DNA from: Paraspadella gotoi
Lineage: Eukaryota > Animalia > Chaetognatha
Direction: 5' to 3'
Length of the DNA: 22,645 bases
Assembly (NCBI GenBank): GCA_051294375.1
Contig: JBJCIZ010000717.1
Coordinates: 1-22,645 of the forward strand
The notes under the pieces were generated by a model. That model did no database searches and was not told where the DNA came from. It saw only the letters and a list, made by a program, of their open reading frames with translations. Both the position numbers and the translations under genes were made by a program. Positions 1 through 9,453 of the stretch are shown one piece after another. The stretch's first letter is position 1. Each line of letters opens with the position of its first letter.

Positions 1-285
1 TCATCCCGTCCCCAACGGAAGATTTCAAGCTCCAACAACGGGCTAACGGGGAAATGGCTGTCGTTAATGGCTCAGCGAAGCCCTTATAGTTTAAAAAAAA
101 AATTAAACAATAAAATGATATCTTAATAAATCAATCAATACTCAATCAAATAATTAACCATAGTAAATTATTTATAAACTTTAAAATATATTAATGAAAT
201 AAATTAATAAAAATAATAATGAATAATTAAATTACAATAAAACGAATAATAAGGTTACAAATTATCATAACAATCAACAATCCTC

Positions 286-326
<41 letters not shown>

Positions 327-1385
327 CCAATCAATCAATCAATCAACACCCTTCCTCTTAACACCTTCTCAAAACGACGATGGCGAACCGTTGCCTCTAC
401 AGGCAGCCGACGAGACATGCGGCAACCGACGATGGGAATCTCTCCAGTCGCTTGGGAAGACGGAGTTTCACTTTCAGAGAATTCCCATAGACAAAACTAT
501 CTCAAGTCGGGACTCTTGGTTTGACCCGAACTCTTTGTCTGACCAATTTTTTTTGAATACTATTTAAATTTATACTGTTGAAGCAAGTAATACTTTATAG
601 TTTTAATAATAGTACGTACGACTGCGAGTAGAATCTATTATTCCAAAAAGCGTCGATTTCTCCTACGATCATAAATTTTTAGGCCAATAATAAAAGATTT
701 TTTATTCAAGTAATAAATAAGTTATCTGTAAAGATACTTTTCCTTAACGCCACAAATTAATTTGTAAAAATTCACAAAACAATTTTGCTATGGCGCTGAA
801 GAAGGCTGTTAATTAAAGCCGAAAACAGTAACTCCCTATGACACCAAAAATCGTTGTTTTAAACAAATTAAAACTCTTCTCTACAGAAAAAATATAATAA
901 AGAAATATAAAGAATATCTTCAAGTAATAATACCCTCGACTTTTGTACAGGCTATATGCCGGCCATATATGGTTAAGCGCAAGCTTTTTAATAAATTCTC
1001 TCACAGTCTTGTTTACTCAGAGTAACCTGCTTTTCGAATTAATGAAGGTGGTATATATATAATATCTAATATAATATTTCATGAATTGATCAATCTTACG
1101 AAATTTTTTATCATCCGGTGTCATCATTGTTCTTTGACAATGCGATGTCGTATCTCACAACGTGAAATATAATGAAAATAATAATTAATCAATTAATATA
1201 ACAAAAAATAATCCTTCTTAACTCCTCTCTCAGTTGTCAGGAACGAAAGACGGAAAGACGCGGACCGGACCGTCCACCAGGCAAACGGTCCGACAAAGGG
1301 ATCCAGGACAATTGCCCTCAACGCTTCTGGTGCGACTCGACGCAACAATGAACAAGAAGAAAACAAAAGTCAATCGAAATACAAG
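1..1385 (-). CDS. 5' part of a putative secreted/cell-surface leucine-rich-repeat protein gene (exons ~1223-1385, 365-538, 1-82; continues off window)
   Basis: GC-richer blocks with AG/GT boundaries on the - strand and a (GATT)n tract after the donor at 364, as in PAPSS introns. Indel-corrected peptides: hydrophobic FVFFLFIVA followed by NCPGSLCRTVC..RVFPSFVPDN (signal peptide + LRRNT-like); LERFPSSVAACLVG..RFAIVVLRRLRAINDSHFPVSPLLELEI (LRR-like spacing). The family call is an inference and the start ATG is not cleanly visible. Confidence 0.45.
286..345. repeat. (AATC)n microsatellite
   Basis: Direct tandem repeat. Confidence 0.95.
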
Positions 1386-1723
1386 TTAATATATATATAT
1401 ATTATTTTTTTTTATTTTATACCGGTTTTTATAGAATAATGTATTGTATTTGAAAGATTTTATACAACTCGAGAGTCCTAAATAATTGTAGAATTTGAGT
1501 TTTTAATATGTTTTATTTTCGAATGTCTAGAATTGTTAATAGTTAATTTACAAACAAAACGCAGAGATATAAGAGAACAATTTTTAAATAACTGCGTTGT
1601 AGTTTTAATTTTTGCGCTGTGTACTCGATAGTTCAGAAACCCATGGGTTAATTCTCAGCTTGATAAATTCAATAAATGTGCTTTTTCGTTTAAACGAGAC
1701 GACACGCACGAACGACCAACAGA

Positions 1724-1738
1724 ACGACGACGAGACGC

Positions 1739-1770
<32 letters not shown>
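1724..1770. repeat. (GAC)n microsatellite
   Basis: Ten perfect GAC units at 1741-1770 with degenerate upstream units. Confidence 0.95.
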
Positions 1771-2279
1771 TCCGGATCGTGCGAACTCCTCGAACCTTTA
1801 AACGATTTTGAATCTTGTACAGATTTTTTGGGGAAAATATTTAAAATCGCTTCGTTAAATTCTTAATGTTGTTTTCATTGCTAAAGTCTAATATTTTGTA
1901 TTGTCTCCTCTGAAAAGCCAAACAACGTAATAAAAAGTATTCGTAAATGTAATTCTTTTGACTATGTTACAATATTGTAATTCTTTAAAAAAACTTTCAA
2001 TCTTTATTTTATTTCTTTATTTGAGGAAAAAATATAAAACCTTCTATCTTTGACAGAAGACAAATAAGAAAAAAAAAAATTCATGCTTTGTCTTCTTAGT
2101 TACTTAGATTATGACTTAACCCTAAAATTTTTGGAAATTGTCTTGCGGTCAAACGCATCATTCTCTTAAAAACACATCGAAATTGCATTTTTTTTCTCGA
2201 TAACAAAATGACAAACTGGTCGCATTGATTAATATATCAAACCGTGTCCTTTCTTGCTTCTTTTCATCTTTATATTCTT

Positions 2280-2375
2280 CTTTCATTCATTTCATTCATC
2301 TCATTCATTCATCTTCATTCATTCATAGCATCATTCATCATCATTCATTCATTCATATTATTATCACATCATCAT
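2280..2375. repeat. Degenerate (TTCA)n/(TCA)n repeat
   Basis: Direct inspection. Confidence 0.85.
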
Positions 2376-2529
2376 CTTTCTTATCATTTTTTAGAATATA
2401 AACCAAAAACAGATTCGACAAAATAGAAACAGTATCATTGTAAAAGACTTTTCTTTTTTTTTCTTTCGTTTTATAAATTCACTCATGTCATTAATATTCT
2501 TTATGACTGGTTTAGGAATTACTGAAGCA

Positions 2530-2812
2530 GGAGAGATGGAGAGAAGAGAGATGAGAGAATGAAGAGAGAGGAGAGAGAAGAGAGAGAGAGCACGAAGAGA
2601 GAAGAAGGAGAGAGAGAGAGATAACTAAACACAATTTCGGTCCGACCATTAAATAGATTCTAATAGAATACAAATTAGAAGCCAGTTTTAACTGTAAAAT
2701 GCAGGCTTAGGAGAGTAAATGTCATCCTAAACGTGTCCACTAAGCGTTCTCATCTATCTCTCCATCCTCTCTCCTCTCTCATCTCTCTCTCTCCTCTCTC
2801 TCTCTCCCCTCT
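2530..2812. repeat. (GA)n tract 2530-2620 and (CT)n tract 2748-2812
   Basis: Mutually complementary degenerate dinucleotide tracts ~130 bp apart. Confidence 0.85.
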
Positions 2813-3794
2813 TATCTTATCTTGTGTCGGCCCACAAAGTCATTCTCAAAAACTAGTTTGACTTTTGGACTTTCCGCGGCGTTGGAATTCTTTCGATATG
2901 AAAATTTATAAACATTTCGATTTGTTATCAAATATAAAAAGTTATTTAATTCTTTAATCGTGATTTAAATCTAAGTTTTATTCACAACATCCTGATGAAA
3001 AGCTTTCTTCATATCCGCTAAAGTCAAAACTAGAAGTCTCTCTCATATAGGTTTATAAAATGCGTAACAATAAATATATAAAATATTCATTCATTATAAT
3101 AAGCTTCTCAAATTAAAGCTTATGCTTTGGAGATAATGGATAGACATATTAGAAATCAAAATTGCTAAGCAAATTCCACTAAAACTCATTGTAATATATT
3201 TATACAAAAATTTCAAAAACTTAATAGCATTTAAAAAAAAATCCTGACCTTTACTCGAATTTATTCTGACCTATCACAATAAGTGTTCTATGGGTATTAC
3301 TTAAGATTTATAGGGTTGTCAGACAGATGGCACCTTTTTTTTGTTTCTTTCACATCCTCTCTGCCACGCGTAAGTAAGAAATCTCGCACCTCACTTTTAG
3401 ACACTCCAAACACTTAACGAGTCTTACCTTCCATTTAAGATCCAGAACAATTTGATATTCGATACCCAAGTAGCGAATTTCGATTTTGCAAATTTTCACG
3501 GAACCAACAAAATTCGAGTAATGATTTTCAAAGCAGAAATTTCTCTCTAAAAAAAACTTTTAAAAGTTGATAAGTCGCAGGTAGATTCGTCTATCTTTAA
3601 CTTTAAAAAAAAAAAATAAAACTATTCAACTTAGAACATAAATTTTTTCTTCAAAAAAAAAAAAAATCCCAGAAAATATTATTAAAAATTTTTTTTTAAT
3701 AACTTTTCTAAAAAATCCAAAAACAGACAAAAACGTTTTACCAAAACAAAACGTTCATTTTTAAAAACAAAAAAAAAAACAAAAAGCTCCAAAC

Positions 3795-3982
3795 ATGTCG
3801 GACGTCAACAACAACAACAACGGAAAAGACCTCTCGGGCCGGGGATTCGAACTCGGGACGTCTGGCGACAAGCGATTCCTCTCGGACGGGACAAATCAGA
3901 TCGTGTCCCGACAAAGACGCAGCGTCGATCGTTAGGAAAGAAGAGAGAAAGCTTTCGAGGCTGCCACCATTTGGTTTTACGG
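3795..3982 (+). CDS. PAPSS: PAPSS exon 1
   Basis: ATG in caaacATGtcg; MSDVNNNNN...VSRQRR...FRGCTIWFTG; donor GTAAGG at 3983. Confidence 0.85.
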
Positions 3983-6567
3983 GTAAGGAATGAGGTGAGA
4001 CGGGCGGGTGAGGCGTTCTTGCCGTTGTTGTCGTTGTAGTTTTTAGTTGCCGAGTACTCGCGGAGCAACTCTCTAAGTTCACTTCTCGGTCGGTCGGTAT
4101 GCGATCCGTCGGACTGTCCTTCATACATTAAAAATGCACATCACTCGCCGATATTACTTGTTTGAGTTGTTACACTATTCAAGTTTTAGATTTCAAAATA
4201 TATTCATTAAAATTAGTTATTACAAATTCTATATTTTTATATTTTGATTTTTAATTATTATATTTTATTAATTTTGGTTTTCGTATTTCTAAATCTTTAA
4301 ATTTTTTTTCCCGCCATAAACTTTTTCTTTCTGGTTGACAATTCGTAAGAAGCTCAGCGCTGCCATTCCCCATTTCTTTCCCCCCTAACTCCTCTTTATT
4401 TCTGCTACTCCCCCCCTCCACTCAAAAAAAAAAGGTCTTTCGCGGCGCGCGGGAAAAAAACGACCCTCGCTTTCCGCCTGGAAGATTTCCTCAAACCGGC
4501 GAGAATCCCGACTTATTCTCTCGACGGCGGACAACATTAGAAAAGGAGTCAATAAAGATTTGGGATTTTCGGCGGGAGATCGGGAAGAGAACGTGAGGAG
4601 GATCGGGGAGGGTGAGATGGGCCTTTCGAGTTGCCAGGTTGTGAACCTTGTGAATACTAAGAGTTTTGCGAAATGAATAACGTTAGAGTTCGTCCAGAGA
4701 TGAATGACTCACGGGACGCAATTGACCCAGAACTGAAGATGACCTCGGTGACCCAGCGAGAGACTCTCGCCTTATTTCCCACGCCCTCAATTGAAATTTT
4801 AAGTTGTATTTTAAATTATTAATTATTAAATTATTAATATTAAATTATATATTATTAAAAAATTCTCGATCCTGTAACACTCTTCTCTAGCTCTTTCAAG
4901 CGAGACTCTCTAAGAGTCGAGTTTATCACCTGACACAGTACCCTTCGGTATCAATAAAGTGGTTTAAATGTTTTTATGATACGATCCGCCTGTCTTTTAG
5001 CTATTTTTACGATTCAACACCCCCATCTCAAACCACCATCCCCCCCTCAAACCTCGACCACATCTCCACCCCCCAACCCCCTTCCTTCCCGACCCGATAA
5101 TAAAGGTGGCGAAGATTGTTCGCCGACGCCGGCGTCGTCTGCCTCTGCCTCCTTCATCTCACCGTTTCGCAAAGACAGAGAAGATGCCAGGTTTGGAATT
5201 TGAACTTGATTGACTAATTGAATATTGAATGAATGACTTTATCGATTGATTGATTGATTATTTGAATGATTAAATGATTTATCGATGCATTGATGATCGA
5301 TCGATTGATTGAATGCTTAATCGATAAATGATTGATTAATCAATTGATTGATTGTTTTGCTTGATTGATTGATTGATTTATCGATTGAGATGAATGATTC
5401 ATTTACTTGATCAAATTGAACGATTGATTGGTAGAATTTTTGCTTTATCGATCGTTTAATTATATTTTTATACTAATATTGATTGATTGATTATGTGATG
5501 TACCTATTAATTGGTCATTTATCAATTTGCAACTTATGTTTTCTGATATTCTGATTAATTTTATTATTGTAATACTTATTGCACATTATTTTATATAATA
5601 CTTTTATTATTTATATATTCGTTCATCTATACTCTATGATTGATCATTTGCTCCTTTAGGAAAGTTCACGAGTCGGCGGATCTGCCTTTCTTCGAATGTT
5701 TCGTCGACGCGTCACTTCAAGTCTTGCGAGGGTGAGGGAGATGGAGAGTGAAGATGAAAATTCGCGGGTTGAAGAAGAAAGAATGAAGAGGTGAAAGATG
5801 AAGATAAAAGATGAAGAATGAGGGATAAAGAATGAACCTATTAGGGATAAAGAATAAAGAGTATGGTATGAAGAATTAAGAAACGAAGAATGAAGAATGA
5901 TGGGATGAAGAATGAACAATTAGGGATAAAAAATAAAGTATGCGGATGAAGAATTTAAGAAAGAAGAATGAGGAATTAAGCATGAATAATGAAAGAATGA
6001 GGGATTAAAGAACGACGGAATGCAGAAAGGGAAGAGGACATGAATATTAATCTCTAGGAGATAAAAGAATGAGATAACGAGTAAGAGTAAAAGAATGAGA
6101 AATGAAGGAATTGGCAATGAAGAACGTGAATGACAATGAATGAATGAATGAATGAAGAATAAATGAATAAATGAAGACCGTGAATGAGCAATTTCCTCGT
6201 CCCCCGTCCTTCCCAACTCCTCGACAGCTCGCTACGTGAAGGGCCTTACCAAAAAGCCCCGCCGCCGGAATCATCAAAGGTTTCACCGGGATCGACTCCC
6301 CTTACGAACCTCCGTCCGACCCGGATCTCTGCGTCGACACGGCCAACCAACAGCGTCGACGAGTGCGTCCTGATGCTCGTCAGACTCTGAAGGTTGATGG
6401 GGGATGCAGAGAGCTAGGGTGGTTGAGGGACCGTTGGACGAGGGTTTGGGGGGATGGAAGAGTTTGGAGGTTTGGAAGGAGTGGCGCAGCTTTTATGGCT
6501 TCATTGAAAAGGAGGTTCGTGAGATGGATTTGCAATATATTTAGCTGAGGGAGAGAGAGAGAGAGAG

Positions 6568-6614
<47 letters not shown>

Positions 6615-9415
6615 AGAGAGAGAGAGATGAGAGAGGAGAGAGAGAGAGAGAGAATGAAAGAAAAAAGAGAGAGAACAGAGAGAAGCCAGAGATAAAGAAA
6701 AAAGTGAAATAGAGTTACGATTGAGAGCGAGATAACGATCGTGAGCGAGCCATTTATTCATAATCGTCTTCAACTTTTCCCCCCAACCTCTCTCCACTCC
6801 TCTCCCCCCCGCGGACCCCTTTCCTCCAAGAACCACCGGATCGTCCCCGAGCCTGTTGAGGAGATCGTCAAGGAGCTCTACGTCCTTGAAGACGAAGTCC
6901 AGACTCGAGAGATTAAAACGAGGCCGAGTCTCTGCCGAAAGGACCGAGTTGACGGAGATCGATCTGCAGTGGTTGCAAGGTGGAGATTTTGATTGGCTTG
7001 CATTCGTTGATTGGGTGATTGGCTGCATTCGTTTGATTGGTTGGAGTGGCTGAATCACCGATTTGCGTGGGTTAGCAGCGGAATGATTGCTTGCTTATTC
7101 TGATTTAACTGATTTATAGATTAGATTAATGAAATCATTTATTTATTGAATTAAGTGATTAAATCGATTTTATGCCATCCTACATGCATTAAATTGATTG
7201 ACTAATAAACTGATTATCCCATGTCTTGATTGGGTTTTGTATGTTAAGATGACTAACTGCTTGATTGTTTGATTGAATAAGAACTATTGATTGACATTTT
7301 GAGTAGATCCGTACAATCCATTAGCTGAAATACTGCATTAAACAGTGAATTGCTGTTCTGTTACTGTATTCTACTGTACTGTACTCGGCTGGGACTGATA
7401 AATGTCGTTCTCCTACAGGTCCTGGCCGAAAGGTTGGGCCACGCCTCTCTCCGGCTTCATGCGAGAAACGGAATACCTTCAGTCCTGCTTCACTTTGGAT
7501 GCCTTTTTGTTGACGGAGAATGCGTTAGCCAGTCGGTTGCCGATTCGTGCTGCCACTGAGCGGAGAGGAGAAGAATAGGATCGAGGCGGAGTTTATAAAC
7601 AAAAGGGCGTCGGGGGATTTGGTGTTGGCTTACAAAGGTTAGTCCAAATATATAATAAATATATACTGCTATAGTATTTAGTCTTTAATATTGTGGAATA
7701 AGGAGTCAATTAGTCAAGAAAGGAGAATAAGTAATGACGCTTTTGTTTGATAATGTTTTAAAATCTTATCAAAACAATTCAAAACAGTAAAAATATGCGG
7801 CATATACTATCATTTATCTCCATATCACTTATCTTGTTATCAATCTATCATTTTCTTATTTAGCACATTCAAACCTATTAGTTATCACCTTTAATTTATT
7901 ATTTTATTTATTATTTTTCACTTATCATTCATTACTTATCACCGACAAATTATCAATTATCACTAATAATTCCGAACCTATCATCAATCATTAATCATTA
8001 ATCATCAAATCATTAAATCATATAATCCCATCCTCCAAGACAAACCCTACGCGATTCTCCGCGACGTCGAGTTCTTCGCCACAACCGCGAAGAACGAGTG
8101 GCTCGTCAATTCGGGACCTCGCATCCTCGCCATCCCCACCGGGGAGATGATCCTCCGGAGCGGGGAATGCTCGTCGGCGGGGAGTTGAGGTCTTCGAGAA
8201 GAATCGTCTTGGACGGGACGTGCTGCGACGAGTAACAGGTTTGTGAGGGCGAGGGAGTGATTGAATGATTGGTTGAATGATTGATGATTGATTGGGAAGA
8301 TCGTTTTATGTTTCAGAGTTGATTGACGGCCTTTTGATAGAAATCTTTTTGACATTTTTTTTCTTTCTTTCTTTCTTTCTTTCTTCTTTTCTTTCTTTCT
8401 TTCTTTCTTTCTCTTTCTTTCTTTTCCTTTTTTTTTTCTTTCTTTCTCCCCTCTATCTCTCTCTCCCTCTACCCCCCCTCTCCTCTCTCTCCCTTCCCTC
8501 TCATCTCTCCTCTCTCTCCTCTCTCCTTCTTCTCTCTCTCTCTCTCTCACTATCTTTCACATTTTTTTCTCTCCATCTCCCCCTCTTCCCCCCACCGCCC
8601 CTACCAACCCTTACCCCCCCCAAGACTCACCCCTCTTACAAATCCGCGCCCCGACTCTCCTCAATGGGCGCCGACGCAGTCTTCGCCTTCCAACTCCGCA
8701 ACCCGATTCACAACGGACACGCCCTCTTGATGCGGGACACGCGGGGAGAAGCTGCTCCGCCGCGGTTTCAAGAATCCCGTGCTTGCTGCTGCATCCGTTG
8801 GGAGGTAAGGTTTCACAGTTCAATGGGTATAATAAGTAAATTTAAGTCAGTTTAGATATAAAGCAATATTAATTTGTTAATGTATTAATCTCTAAAGTCA
8901 TTCAATAAATCGATAATTGGAACAATTTAATTAATCAATCATTCAGAGGAACAATCAATTAATCAATCAATAAATAAATTCAATAAAGATTACAATCAAT
9001 CGTTTCGCCAACCAATAAACCAAATCGTTCAAGCGAATTAATTAATCAGTGAATCAAATCAATAACTCAAAAAAGCAATTTATCAGCAATCAATCAATCA
9101 AGTGACCCAATCATAATCGATCAATCAATCTAATACATCTAATCAAAACAGGCTGGACCAAGTCGGACGACGTCCCTCTCCCATCAGACTCCGTCAACAC
9201 GACGCCGTCGTTCGCCGCCGGAGTCCTCGACCGGAAGTCGACGCTCGTCGCCGTCTTTCCGGCGCCGATGCTCTACGCGGGGCCGACGAGAGGTGCCAGT
9301 GGCACTGCAAGGCCAGGCTGGCGGCCGCGCGCTAACTTTTACATCGTCGGACGGGACCCCGCGGGGTAGGAGAGAGGGGGAGAGAGGAGGAGTAGAGCAG
9401 AGACCGTCACTAGAG

Positions 9416-9453
<38 letters not shown>

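Larger units (their letters stand above)
3002..6680 (+). repeat. Left arm of large inverted repeat
   Basis: 3002-3127 is the reverse complement of 22525-22645, and 3388-6680 of ~19045-22281. The differences are mostly 1-nt indels. Confidence 0.95.

Noticed and set aside
1-538. Resemblance to the Dicer platform region (FAIVV..HFPV vs FGILT..HFPV)
   Set aside because: Only a few residues match; the upstream signal-peptide/Cys-cap exon and leucine spacing fit an extracellular LRR protein better.
1612-1866. 84-aa ORF with poly-Asp
   Set aside because: Non-ATG start, and the poly-D is simply the (GAC)n microsatellite.
3738-4128. Minus-strand ORFs of 128 and 107 aa
   Set aside because: Antisense shadows of PAPSS exon 1 and GC-rich intron 1.
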